NCBI GenBank assembly: GCA_019828565.1
Contig: JAHDYR010000015.1
Coordinates: 111,826 to 175,825, forward strand
Reading direction: 5' to 3'
DNA: 64,000 nt
Origin: Carpediemonas membranifera BICM
Lineage: Eukaryota > Protista > Fornicata
This document shows, piece by piece, positions 52,125 through 62,859 of this stretch. Position numbers and translations under genes: made by a program. Position 1 is the first letter of the stretch; each line of letters begins with the position of its first letter. Under the pieces are notes generated by a model that had not been told where the DNA came from, searched no databases, and worked only from the letters and a program-made list of their open reading frames with translations.

Positions 52125-53759
52125 ATGACCCGCCGTTTACCGGCCCATATTCGGCCACTAGACGACCCAGCAGTGCAAGCAATGCGCAAGCGCCCGCCAA
52201 GACGCTGCCAATTCCTTGAAGGGGGCTTCTATCACAAGATCCCTTCTCGCGACGAAATGCTGGAGGATAATCTGAATGAACATGACCTTCTTGGACGAGG
52301 AACATATGGACGTGTTTACAAGGCCACAATGCGGCAAGATGGACAAGATTCCTACACCCAGGTGGCAATCAAGGTCCACATTGAGCACACCAAGGACTAC
52401 CTGCATGGCATACCGCCAGCAGCCATCCGGGAGATCAACAACCTCAAGCTGATGTACAACTTCCACTGGATCACCCAGCTTCACCGGGTTGTCAGCCGCC
52501 TGCCCATCCAGACATCTGGGGACCACCGCATCGTGGATCCCCTCGACGACAACCCCACGCCCATCGACGACGCCAGCTCGTTCGACCGGATGCCGTCAGG
52601 TGACGAGGAGTACCCCCCTTTCCGCGAGATATGCATGGTTTTCGCCCTGGGGGACCACTCGTTGTCTGGCATCAACCACAACAAGAATTTCGGCGATAAC
52701 GTCACTGAAAACGACCTGAAGCTTATCATGCTGCATATAGCGAAGAGCATTGAAGTTACCCACAGCTTTGGCGTCGCCCATAGGGATCTGAAGCTCGCCA
52801 ACATCCTCGTCCAGGAGAACCGGTGCCAGCTCACAGACTTCGGCCTGGCCCGCCGCCTGAGGTCCCGGAACGACAGCCCCCCGCTCACAGGCAAGGTCTG
52901 CACGCTGTGGTACCGCCCGCCCGAGTGCTTCCTCCAGACGCCGTCGCCGAAGATGAGGAATAAGGTGCATATCCGATACGACCGCAAGATTGATATATGG
53001 TCTCTGGGGTGTATGATGTTCGAACTTCTGACAGGCAAGGTTCTCTTCCCCGCGAAGCCGAAGGCCAACGAAGACGGCGAGGAGATTGCCATGCGCCTCA
53101 TCTACTCGAAGATCGGCACCCCCGCCTCCACCGGCTGGGCAACCGGGCTGGACCTGCTCCGACACAGGTACGCTAGGCCCGAGCTTGCCCCGCCCGCCCG
53201 GGACACAGGCTTCGTGCCGCCCGTGCCATATCATGGTGTTGCCGCCTATCGCCGCAAGCAGCGTGATGATCTGACGCTCGTGGCCATGCCGACGGAGGTC
53301 AGGGCTCACCCGGTAGTCCAGGAAATGCTCGACCCGAAGGCCCGGCGCCCCATCAAGAGCGACGATAGTCTCTACCTCGCAGTAGACCTCATGATGTGGA
53401 TGCTGGATCTTGATCCAGACCGGCGGCCCACTATACAGCAAGTCCTGGGCCACCCCTGGCTGAAGTCGACGCAGGTTAAGGACGCCCCCAGCCCCGAGCG
53501 GTATGAGGTGGACTTCCCCCGACTTATCGGGCGAGAGGGGGGACCCTGTCTTGATATACAGCGCGCACGGGAGGAGGCGTTGAGGAGGAACCAGCAGTGC
53601 AGCATATCAGTGCAGGCTAGGCCCTTGCCGGCCACTGCGGGGGTCGTGGGCCAGGGGCGGCAGGCCTACCTCGCCCCGACCCGGAGGGGCAGGGGTGCAG
53701 GCGTGGGCAAGAGGAAGCTGCCGGATAGAGGGAGGGGGAAGCGGGGGAGGTACAATTGA
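52125..53759 (+). CDS. Cyclin-dependent kinase (CDK9/12-like, PPAAIRE)
   Basis: GRGTYGRVYK, VAIK, GIPPAAIREI, HRDLK, DFG, VCTLWYRPPE and DIWSLGC, with an RG-rich tail. Confidence 0.88.
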   Translation: MTRRLPAHIRPLDDPAVQAMRKRPPRRCQFLEGGFYHKIPSRDEMLEDNLNEHDLLGRGTYGRVYKATMRQDGQDSYTQVAIKVHIEHTKDYLHGIPPAAIREINNLKLMYNFHWITQLHRVVSRLPIQTSGDHRIVDPLDDNPTPIDDASSFDRMPSGDEEYPPFREICMVFALGDHSLSGINHNKNFGDNVTENDLKLIMLHIAKSIEVTHSFGVAHRDLKLANILVQENRCQLTDFGLARRLRSRNDSPPLTGKVCTLWYRPPECFLQTPSPKMRNKVHIRYDRKIDIWSLGCMMFELLTGKVLFPAKPKANEDGEEIAMRLIYSKIGTPASTGWATGLDLLRHRYARPELAPPARDTGFVPPVPYHGVAAYRRKQRDDLTLVAMPTEVRAHPVVQEMLDPKARRPIKSDDSLYLAVDLMMWMLDLDPDRRPTIQQVLGHPWLKSTQVKDAPSPERYEVDFPRLIGREGGPCLDIQRAREEALRRNQQCSISVQARPLPATAGVVGQGRQAYLAPTRRGRGAGVGKRKLPDRGRGKRGRYN

Positions 53760-53896
53760 ACGGACGCCGCTCATTGGTTTTGAATCACTCACAGACCTCA
53801 GGGCACGTTGCGACTGTTTCCCATGTAGCAGGCTTCATTTCTTCGACCATGTATGATCATTGCGAGTTGTCACGTGATGTGCGATACGATGATCCG

Positions 53897-53975
53897 TGTG
53901 GTTCGATGAAGAAGAAGGGAATGGGTTATAAGATTAAATTGGGCTTAAATACCCTATAGACTTTTGGAGGCCACA
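53897..53975 (-). repeat. Putative 79-bp 3' LTR of a minus-strand Ty3/Gypsy element (E4)
   Basis: On the - strand, PPT ATGGAGGGGCGG is directly followed by TGTGG...CCACA. The PPT nearly matches that of E2. Confidence 0.6.
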
Positions 53976-54872
53976 CCGCCCCTCCATAGCCACGTGGTAG
54001 GGTGGCTATGACACAAAACCAATCGAACTTGGAATTACATGATCAAACGAGACCATTGGACATATTTAGCACCCGAAGTTGTAATGTATAATAACAGGAG
54101 ATGAGAACATATATGATAAATATGTTTAGCCTCAATTAGTATGAATAATGGCTTGTAGGAAGATGATATATCATATAGGAATTGACCTTAGCAGACACAG
54201 CAGCACTGATATTTACATGTTCTGATAAAGGAAGGAGGAGAGGCCGGGGACGGGCAGACCGAACTTGGTAGCTGTCTTGTTGCCATTGGTAGACTTCAGC
54301 TGGGTCATGATGACCACGAATGCGAGAGTAGTTGGTCCCCGAGTCCCCCGGTCTGCGGACCTCACTCCAACCGCGAAGGGCTACCATCGCCTCGCGGTGG
54401 ACGCGTACGTCGCCTGCCTGAAGCAAGCGAAGGCGGTCTCCGCCGCCAACGTCGCCCGCGACCTCGAAGTTGTGCTGACTCTCAAGAGCATTAAGCGAAA
54501 GACCGATGAGGTCCTCTCAAAGGCCATGAGCATCGCTCTCGAGCAGAAAGAGCTGCACTACAAGGCTTCTCGTCTCGACTATGTCCGGAAGAGCGCCGTC
54601 ACGCCGCGGCCGCCGACCGGCGCCCCCCCCGCCAGGCCAAGGCCACAACCTACGGCACGCTCGCCGAGGTGGCGGCTCGTCTCAGGGCCAAGGCCAACGC
54701 CAGCAGGACAAACCCCAGGAATCCCGACAGGCTCAACAGATGTGGTGGTCATAGACCACACTAATCATTTATACAGTTTAAGCCATTTATTGGCACAAGG
54801 GTTTTCTCTTCTTCTTTCCCTGTAAAAGCATTCTCCGCATTAGCGAGGCACATTAACGTTAATTCCCCTCAA

Positions 54873-57800
54873 ATGCTGAAGAAATCCGATCCCCCGTTGC
54901 TGAAGTCGCCAGATCTGAACGAACTGTTCATCTTTGTGGACAAGTTCAACGATTACCGCGCCTTAGGGGGCAAGCGAGACATTGAGAAGCTAATCGACAG
55001 CGAGGTTCGGGAGATGGTGACAGCAATCCTACCAGCGGACGATCTTGACGACGCGGAGGAAGAGATCCCTCTCCTCCTTAATCAACATCATCGTGCCGCT
55101 CGCTCCAGAGCCCAGAAGGACCTCAAGATCATCAAGCGCCTAGGACGCGCTCTCAGACCTACTCAAGAAGTCAACAAGCTCCGTCTCTTTAGAATCACCG
55201 CCAAGGACTTCTCCCCTATCGAAGTTGCTCGAGTCAACAAGAAGTTCCGTATTACCATGGCAGTCGTCCAACCCGAGTTCCCCCTCGAGACACTACGCGA
55301 CATATACGTTCGTTGTTTCAAGTTCGGATCCAACCAGACGATGTACCGCATCAAGGAGGTGATCCAGGACATGTCGCTAGAAGATGCCATGCCGCGCGTT
55401 CTAGCCCTATCCAGAACAGTCCAAGAGAGCACCGCGATCGCCAACGCGTTCCAGGACAAGCCGTCCAACGCCGAGCACCACCACACGAGCCGTAACTCCC
55501 ACCGACGCAACGATCGCAAGCCTCAGTCACGTCCCACCGAAGACCGTTCGCATGCTACCAGACCTGAACACGCGTCGACTAAGCCTATCGACAAGAAGGG
55601 CAGACGTGATCATTCACAGTTCACTTGCTATAACTGTGGTGGTAAGGGTCACGCCGTCTACGAGTGTAAGAAGCCCAAGAACAAGTGTCAGAAGTGCGGG
55701 AAGAGCGGACACCTTGACAGGTTCTGTAAATCCCCACAGTACTTGTCCTTGTTCTCGATGACTTCAAACAAACGCAAAGATAGCCTACCTCTGTGCAAAG
55801 TTAAGGTCGAGGGTCGAGACGTCGTTGCCTTGATTGATTCGGGAGCCAACTGCTCCACTATATCCCCCAAGCTGACCAAGGGTATGACGCGAATATCAGA
55901 TGAAGAGCGAAGCGTGCGTACAGCCAAGGGAACTATACAGTCCCAAGGTTCCGTGCAAGGGAACATCAAACTCATGCCGTCAGCCTTTACACCTAAGGCA
56001 GTGTCCTTCAAGCCGGAGTTGATTGTGCTAGATACTGAGTTCGACGTCGTCCTGGGGTACCCCCACCTTGTCGAGCTGGGAATCCTCCCCGACGTGAACG
56101 TAGAGTCAGGGGAATACTCGGACGAAGTCCAGGTCCCCGAAGCTTTCAAGCACAACGCTGCCATTTTTAGTCTATCCGACCAGTCGACCAAGAGTCAAGC
56201 CGAACTGATCAAGAGGTTCTCCGATCTATTCCAAGACCGGGACGAACCTAGCAGGCTAGAGCCGTACGACCTCGTTCTGAAGGACGATCGGGTCGTGAAC
56301 GCCAGACCTTACTATGTACCCCCAGCGAAGATACACGTCGTGAGAGAGCACATCGACACGCTGCTAGCCAAGAAATATATCGAGGCCTGCCAGTCACAAT
56401 ACGCTTCCCCAGCTATGACTGTGCCTAAGAAGGGAGGCAAGTCGCGTTTCGTAGTCGATTTCCGCCGTATTAACGAGCTTACTGAGCCGTTCGACTACCC
56501 CATCCCTCGTATCGACGAGGTGCTGTCACAGCTCGCAGGACAGAAGATCTTCGCGACTCTAGACCTGTCGTCCGGGTACCACCAGATCCCTTTGACAGAA
56601 CGATCAAGACCCCTGACTGCATTTACCACCGTACTAGGGCAGTATCAATACCGACGGATGCCTTTCGGGCTGCGCAACGCAGGAGCTCACTTCCAGAAGG
56701 CCATGGAGCGCGCCTTCGCCGGGCTCGTGGGCAGCTCATGTTACATTTACATCGACGATATTATTGTCTTCGGCAGCGACGAGGCCGAATATCTCGCGAA
56801 CCTCGAAAGAGTCCTGGACCGTGCGCGTAAGGTCAAGCTCCAGCTCAATCGCGAGAAATACCAATTCGGCAGGCAGGAGGTCGAGTTCTTAGGTTGGGTT
56901 GTCAATGATGGGCAGGTGAGAATCGCACCCAGCCGTGTAGACGACATCGCAAATCTCCAGATGCCGACATCCATCAAGGGCATGCAGGGCCTAGTAGGAT
57001 TCCTCAACTATTTCCGGGATCACATCCCCCATTTTGCGGAAATCGGACACCCGTTAATCAAAGCTATGTCCGGTCACACAAGTCTCGGCCTGACCGCCCA
57101 GCAGGAGGCCCTCGATAAGCTCAAGCAGAGCCTTACCTCCGCTGACGCCCTAGCAATTTTCGACGCCACGAAGGAGCATTCTATAATGACCGACGCCTCG
57201 GGAGTGGGGTACGGCGCAGTCCTATTGCAAGAGGGCAAGCCTGTCTGTTACATGTCGAAGGCCTTCAACGCCACACAGTCTCGTTGGTCAACGATTGAGA
57301 AGGAGGCGTACGCCATTGTGGCGGCCTTGCAGCGCTGGCGCAAGTTCCTTGCCTGGGGACCTTTCTCCATACTCACTGACCACCGAAACCTTACCTTCAT
57401 GTACCGTAGCATCAACCCGAAAGTCAGGAGGTGGGCCGATGCCATTTCCGACTTGGACTTTGAGATTAAGCACGTCGCCGGCCTGGACAATGGAGCCGCA
57501 GATGGTCTGTCCCGTGTGTTTACTATGTTCACTCGCAAAGCTACGACCGATGAGATTGAAGAAGCACACACCACCGCCGGCGCCCATCTATCTCGACGAC
57601 TAACGACCGAGAAGCTTAGAGCCGAAGGGTTGTCGGTGTCGAGAGCCGCAGTCGACCAGGTGATTGCAGCTTGCCCGGTGTGCCAAGTCCTCGAGAGACC
57701 CCACGTCGATACACCGGATGGTCTGCATACCGCCGTTGATGAACCGTTTAAGCGAGTAGCCATCGACACCTTAGGTCCGTTCCCCAAGTCGCAGGGGTTC

Positions 57801-58808
57801 ACGCACATCTCCGTCATCATAGATATGTGTAGTAGGTGGACCGAGTTGGTTCCAGTTACAGGTACGACTGCGCAAGCCGCAGTTACGGCGTTCGTTAATA
57901 ACTGGGTCTTACGCTATGGCTGCCCCGAGGTCTTACAGACTGACGGCGGGCCCGAGTTTAACAATCAGCTCATGAAGTCCCTGGCCGACGAGATGGGTTT
58001 CCACACCCATGTTACGACTCCACATCACCCGCAATCTAATGGCATCGTCGAACGGGCCAACAGTGGAGTTCTCAAAATCTTGAAGGCCAGAAAGTTCCAT
58101 TTCCGGGACGCGGACTGGGTCAAGCACTTACCTGTCGCACAATTTATCGTCAATTCGACGCCCAGGATACCCACTCACCTCTCACCATCCGAGATCATAC
58201 TAGGTGTCAACATCAGGATCCCGAACGAGATCATCATCTGCACCCACTCGACTAGCGCCAGAATACAGGACAGACGCGCGGCGGCTGGCCAAGCCATCCA
58301 GCTAGCGAAGGCTAGAATTCAGGCAATGAGAGAGGACGCTCTCGCAAACGCCGCATCGTCACGTCAGGAGTTACTGTGCCGGTTCGTGTTGGTCAAGTAC
58401 CCAGCCAGACCTCCCAACAAGCTGATGCCAGGATGGCGAGGGCCCATGCGACGGGTCAGTGCGGTTAAGCAAGATGGCGTGACGGTCGCCTATGAAGTTC
58501 AGGACCTCAACCAGGGAAGCCAAGGCAAGATATTGAAGGTCGACGCCTCGCGCGTACGCAGATTTAACCCTGGCAATCTATCCGAGCGAGAGATCAAGGA
58601 CTTGGCCGCCACGGCGAACGATGAGTGGGAAGTGGACCGTATTTCCAAATCGCGAGGGAACGGAACACGAACCAAACGCGAATACCGCGTTCACTGGTCT
58701 GGTTTCGAGGACGAGGAGGCGACATGGCAGGATTGGGACTCCGTCAAGGACCTGGAAGCATTAGATATATATTTGAAGTCTGACCAAGCCAAACTGGACG
58801 GTCTATAA
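54873..58808 (+). CDS. Single-ORF Gag-Pol with chromodomain (E2)
   Basis: Two CCHC knuckles, LIDSGA, YIDD, TDAS, integrase D-D-E, PGWRGP and WEVDRI...HWSGF...ATW chromodomain. Confidence 0.95.
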   Translation: MLKKSDPPLLKSPDLNELFIFVDKFNDYRALGGKRDIEKLIDSEVREMVTAILPADDLDDAEEEIPLLLNQHHRAARSRAQKDLKIIKRLGRALRPTQEVNKLRLFRITAKDFSPIEVARVNKKFRITMAVVQPEFPLETLRDIYVRCFKFGSNQTMYRIKEVIQDMSLEDAMPRVLALSRTVQESTAIANAFQDKPSNAEHHHTSRNSHRRNDRKPQSRPTEDRSHATRPEHASTKPIDKKGRRDHSQFTCYNCGGKGHAVYECKKPKNKCQKCGKSGHLDRFCKSPQYLSLFSMTSNKRKDSLPLCKVKVEGRDVVALIDSGANCSTISPKLTKGMTRISDEERSVRTAKGTIQSQGSVQGNIKLMPSAFTPKAVSFKPELIVLDTEFDVVLGYPHLVELGILPDVNVESGEYSDEVQVPEAFKHNAAIFSLSDQSTKSQAELIKRFSDLFQDRDEPSRLEPYDLVLKDDRVVNARPYYVPPAKIHVVREHIDTLLAKKYIEACQSQYASPAMTVPKKGGKSRFVVDFRRINELTEPFDYPIPRIDEVLSQLAGQKIFATLDLSSGYHQIPLTERSRPLTAFTTVLGQYQYRRMPFGLRNAGAHFQKAMERAFAGLVGSSCYIYIDDIIVFGSDEAEYLANLERVLDRARKVKLQLNREKYQFGRQEVEFLGWVVNDGQVRIAPSRVDDIANLQMPTSIKGMQGLVGFLNYFRDHIPHFAEIGHPLIKAMSGHTSLGLTAQQEALDKLKQSLTSADALAIFDATKEHSIMTDASGVGYGAVLLQEGKPVCYMSKAFNATQSRWSTIEKEAYAIVAALQRWRKFLAWGPFSILTDHRNLTFMYRSINPKVRRWADAISDLDFEIKHVAGLDNGAADGLSRVFTMFTRKATTDEIEEAHTTAGAHLSRRLTTEKLRAEGLSVSRAAVDQVIAACPVCQVLERPHVDTPDGLHTAVDEPFKRVAIDTLGPFPKSQGFTHISVIIDMCSRWTELVPVTGTTAQAAVTAFVNNWVLRYGCPEVLQTDGGPEFNNQLMKSLADEMGFHTHVTTPHHPQSNGIVERANSGVLKILKARKFHFRDADWVKHLPVAQFIVNSTPRIPTHLSPSEIILGVNIRIPNEIIICTHSTSARIQDRRAAAGQAIQLAKARIQAMREDALANAASSRQELLCRFVLVKYPARPPNKLMPGWRGPMRRVSAVKQDGVTVAYEVQDLNQGSQGKILKVDASRVRRFNPGNLSEREIKDLAATANDEWEVDRISKSRGNGTRTKREYRVHWSGFEDEEATWQDWDSVKDLEALDIYLKSDQAKLDGL

Positions 58809-58850
58809 ATCTTCACCACATCTAATCGCTCCAGCGTCAAGTCATCAGAT

Positions 58851-59702
58851 TTATTCGTCGTCCGACTCCTCGGTATCGGTCAGCTCGACCAACCAAGACG
58901 CGTCAGCGTGGCGCTCAAGATCGTGCTCAGCAAGATAGTCGCGCACACAACGGACGAGACAGAGATCGGCGTTCAGCCAGACGATGCTGAGGCCTGAGTA
59001 ACCCTCATACTGGAGTATGAGAGCGAAGGTCCCAGGTCCACGAGTCGTTTTCAGGAACTCATGGCGGACAACACACGTCACCGTGTAGTAACGGTCCGGG
59101 TCAGAGACCTGGAGAGGCTCCCAATGGATCTCGTCCCCGATGGCAGGCAGGTGACCATCGCGGCACAGCTCGTCGACCAACATCGCCCAGAAAGCGATGG
59201 GTGCACCGATACCGCGGCTGATGCCAAAGAGCGCTACCCTGAAGTAGTCCGGCGAAAAGACGAGGATCATGAGCCGGTTGAGGTAACCACGAGCCGTGGT
59301 ATCAGATCCGACATTAGCAGCAGCGCGCACTGCGGCCACGAGCCCAGCTGAGTAACGCCCATTGCCAGTCAGGCTGATATCGCCACTCTGAAGGGCGGCC
59401 GACACGATGTCCCCGTCAGTGAGGGTCGGGCGCAGACGGATCTTAAGGTGAGACACCACGCCAGCGAGAGCGAACTGACAGAAAGCCACGAGGCCGAGTA
59501 CCTGCCGACACTTCACTACATCCATGTACACCGAAGCCTGATGAAGGTGTCCTTGCTCGATTGCGTCGAAGATGCGCTGAAGAGGCATCTCGACGGAGTT
59601 GGTGTAGCCGGCTAGGCGCCGAGTGACCTCCGCTCGTATGTCGCGAGGTAGCTGGTGGGATGCGGTTGTCGGGCGAGTGATCCCGCTCCGCGGCCTGCAC
59701 AC
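58851..59702 (-). CDS. Antisense accessory ORF of E2 ending in a degenerate chromodomain-like segment
   Basis: 283-aa ORF whose C-terminus reads YYTVTCVVRH...LILQYEGYS....W...VRDY, followed by an acidic tail. Confidence 0.6.
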   Translation of the reverse strand: MCRPRSGITRPTTASHQLPRDIRAEVTRRLAGYTNSVEMPLQRIFDAIEQGHLHQASVYMDVVKCRQVLGLVAFCQFALAGVVSHLKIRLRPTLTDGDIVSAALQSGDISLTGNGRYSAGLVAAVRAAANVGSDTTARGYLNRLMILVFSPDYFRVALFGISRGIGAPIAFWAMLVDELCRDGHLPAIGDEIHWEPLQVSDPDRYYTVTCVVRHEFLKTTRGPGTFALILQYEGYSGLSIVWLNADLCLVRCVRDYLAEHDLERHADASWLVELTDTEESDDE

Positions 59703-59737
59703 GGTGTCTGAATGAGTATTCTGTTGATATTGGTTAC

Positions 59738-59932
59738 TTACAAGTTCCCGGTGGCCAAACGCTTGCGTTGCGTACGGGTCTGAGCACGAAGAGAACGACA
59801 GACGGCGGAATGAGCGGAAACAAGAGGCTTAGTGAGTTCCTCGTCACCAATTTCGGCGATTTTAGCGCGAATAGTATCCAGAATTGCTTCTACGGCGGCG
59901 TTGTCCGACATCAACTGAGTTGACGGCGACAT
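59738..59932 (-). CDS. Small antisense helical ORF of E2 (possibly exon 1 of the downstream antisense gene)
   Basis: MSDNAAVEAILDTIRAKIAEIG... A GTAAGT donor overlaps its stop codon. Confidence 0.4.
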   Translation of the reverse strand: MSPSTQLMSDNAAVEAILDTIRAKIAEIGDEELTKPLVSAHSAVCRSLRAQTRTQRKRLATGNL

Positions 59933-62414
59933 ATTCTGCACTTTTGGAACAATCGGTTTCAGGACGAAACCTAGAGCAGTAATAGGACGCCAAATCAAGC
60001 TAATTCATCTATTTACTAAGCGCTGTAGCCTATTAGCTCCATCGGAAGCCGATTGATGTTGTTAATGAAGTACGAGCGCGCCAGGAAAAATGAAAGGCCC
60101 AAAACTCGCCAACGAAGGCCTTTTTGGAGCCTCTTAATGCCTTTTTCGGCGTCTGCGTAAGTTTCAGCGCAAATGGTACAGTACTTCTTCTTATTCTTCT
60201 AGACGCCGAGATCAACCCTCGAATTACTTAGAAGCATGCGTAACACGTAATATTTTTCGAGACACGGCCATATGAGGCCGTGGAGGGGCAGGGATAAGCC
60301 TCTATGAATACGGGCGAACCCTAGCCGTCCGTTTGACTGTCATTGACGTCGGTAAGTTCGGACCCTATATGCGGTTCATGAGGGCGGCGAAGCCCTGGTA
60401 AGACCATCTTAACACGTAACATAGCAATTGCTTACACAGTGGATCCACGTTATCATATACAGCTGTCGGGTTTTATTCCCATGTCACCGTTGGTGATACC
60501 ATAATTCCGTATCGGAAGACCGCGGGTCGGGCGTTGCCCACTCCACTGCCAATGGAGTAGACCGTTGCATAGCTTGGGTGGCACCAAACTATAACACGGA
60601 TGACCCTAGGCCAACCTAACCCCCGTAACTCGTTGAGTGTCATGCCTATTACCCAGGCATGGAGGGGCAGTGTGGTGGTCATAGACCACACTAATCATTT
60701 ATACAGTTTAAGCCATTTATTGGCACAAGGGTTTTCTCTTCTTCTTTCCCTATAAAAGCATTCTCCGCATTAGCGAGGCACACAGACCCGCCAGCAGGCA
60801 GGGGCGGACGGCCAGCAGACACAGCAAGGCCAGGGCCCGCAAGGCCAGTCGTCCAAGGCACAATAGAGCCAGGGTCAACAAGGTCAACCTGCCAAGGTGT
60901 CGTGGGGCTCCAGAATAGTTGTGGCCATTATTACCACCAAGCAGGTTTACCTTATTAAATAGTTCCGACACAAAGTGATCACTTTCTGGACGACTGGGCA
61001 TGCTTAACATTACTGTAGATGTGCCGAGCCTTGATCCCTAAAAGATAACTCTCCCGGCCATTCGTGACTTCAAACGGGCCGCGCGCATTTGGGTGGCACA
61101 AAACGCCGATTTCCCGCCTGGGGTGCTTCTGCCTGAATCGCTCCAACGCGCCGCTGAAGAGTTTAATCAAGGGAAGAGCATTGAAGAGCTTTCCCTCGAG
61201 CAGACGATTACTTACCTACGCAGTGAGGCTATCCCGAAGTCCTTGGGAGCCTTGAAGGACGCCGTTGATGCAATTGACTGTCCTTTAACTAGCAAGGGAC
61301 TCAATCGCTCAGCGGCCATGAGAAACTACTGCGCCGACTTTTCTGCGTACACCGACCTCGTGAAAGAGGTTGCCTGCCGTGAAACGGCCCCTTAACCACG
61401 CCCTCTCGCCGCTACAGAGGCGCGTGAAGGAGACTGTCGCCGTCCTCGACGACGAAGGAAATGCTGTCAAGAAGGAGCAAGAAAGACCAGCCTCCGACAG
61501 CGAGCTAGCCGCCCTGAGAGCGGAACACTTCGACAAGGTCCTCTGTAAGGCCTTTATGTACCGCCTCAAACCCAAGGTGTTCTACAAGAAGCTCGAACTC
61601 GAAAGAACGCTCATCAAGCCGAAGAACATCAACGAGCTCATGAAACTAGCTAAGATAGTAGCTTCGGTGGAAGACGAGAACACGCCCACCACGGACTCCC
61701 CTGACAGCGCCCCCACTAGCTCCACGATCAACAAGACGACGACCGTCGGCTCCCGCCCACCGGGCGAGACCAGCTCCAAGGCCACCAAGAAGCCCTTTCG
61801 ACCCTGCCGCTTCTGCCAAGGGCAGCATTACGACAACGACTGCCCTCAACGTCGATCCCGCGAGAACGGACGCCTCCGCTCTACCGCTGAAATCAAGCCG
61901 CGACAGCCTGTCGAAGCCAACGCCGCCGAGGAAGAAGAGGTCCTCATGACGGAGGTGGAGATAAATGGCCAGGAGTACCGCTTGATGATTGACACTGGAG
62001 CGTCGAGATCCTTCATTTCCTCACGACTGTTAGCGAGACTGCGGTCTGAGAAGCACCATGTGCCTACGAAGCGATGCGCCAAGTTCCTGGTCAGGCTGGC
62101 GCAGGGCAGTCTCGTGACGGTGCAAGAAGCGGTGGATTTGACGGTGCGATTTACCCATCTCGAGAAGATGGACATCGTCTGTAAGATCAGGTTCTACGTG
62201 CTGGATGGTACGCAGGAGAAGCTTATTATGGGTACCAAGGACCTCAGATCACTGGGATTCCTCTCGAACGAGGGGTTCCACATTGTGGCGACAACAGTAT
62301 TTACACATAACCTGCGAAGCAGGGGTGAGTGTGCCCGTAGTTATAAATATTGCAGTTTTGATCTAAAAGTGTCCAGAAGTTTGATTGGGAGAAGAACTTT
62401 TTGATGGGAAGCTG

Positions 62415-62852
62415 ATGTCGAGAACTGTAACATGCAGTAGGTGCCGTGTTACCGGTCATAACGCCAATGGATGCCCATTCAAAAACGTATTGGAGGTAAA
62501 CAGCGATCAAGCAGCCGTTGACGCGGTGTTAACGCCCCGGATGAAGGAGTTGGTACGAGACAATGAGCTCTCGCGCTCGCTGCCTGGAAAACTCATCGCG
62601 GCATGGGCATATGAAATCGACAATGCAACTGCAACCGTAGCTACGCCACCAGCCGGTCTTATGACCCCTCACACGACACCGTCATCCAGCGACTACGTCC
62701 CCCGCCGTAGAGAGGCTCAAAAGCCGACCTTCATCAGCATTCCCGTCCGCCCAGAAGTGTACTCCCGCGTTATCTCATTCGTTGCTAGCCTTGAGGAAGC
62801 TCCGTCGCCTTCTGATGTTTCCGTGGCCGAAAGCCAAGCGCTACTTGAATAA
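62415..62852 (+). CDS. Passenger ORF with N-terminal CCHC zinc knuckle inside the Tc1/IS630 element
   Basis: MSRTVTCSRCRVTGHNANGCPF (CX2CX4HX4C), convergent with the transposase. Confidence 0.65.
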   Translation: MSRTVTCSRCRVTGHNANGCPFKNVLEVNSDQAAVDAVLTPRMKELVRDNELSRSLPGKLIAAWAYEIDNATATVATPPAGLMTPHTTPSSSDYVPRRREAQKPTFISIPVRPEVYSRVISFVASLEEAPSPSDVSVAESQALLE

Positions 62853-62859
62853 ACAGCAT

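Larger units (their letters stand above)
54741..60782 (+). mobile_element. Ty3/Gypsy chromovirus (element E2) with 112-bp LTRs (1 mismatch), 4-bp TSD CAGA and antisense accessory ORFs
   Basis: LTRs 54741-54852 and 60671-60782. TSD at 54737-40 and 60783-86. PPT TGGAGGGGCAG at 60660-70. Confidence 0.93.
54307..60919 (+). pseudogene. Accessory ORF (antisense to E4), split by the E2 insertion and ended by E3; coding pieces 54307-54740 and 60787-60919
   Basis: Removing E2 and one CAGA copy gives a continuous frame ...IPTGST-DPPAGRGG...LQNS up to the E3 LTR. Confidence 0.55.

Noticed and set aside
61380-61400. Possible programmed gag frameshift in E3 (GGCCCCTTAA)
   Set aside because: It lies mid-gag, before the zinc knuckle, in a copy that also has a premature stop. 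More likely decay.
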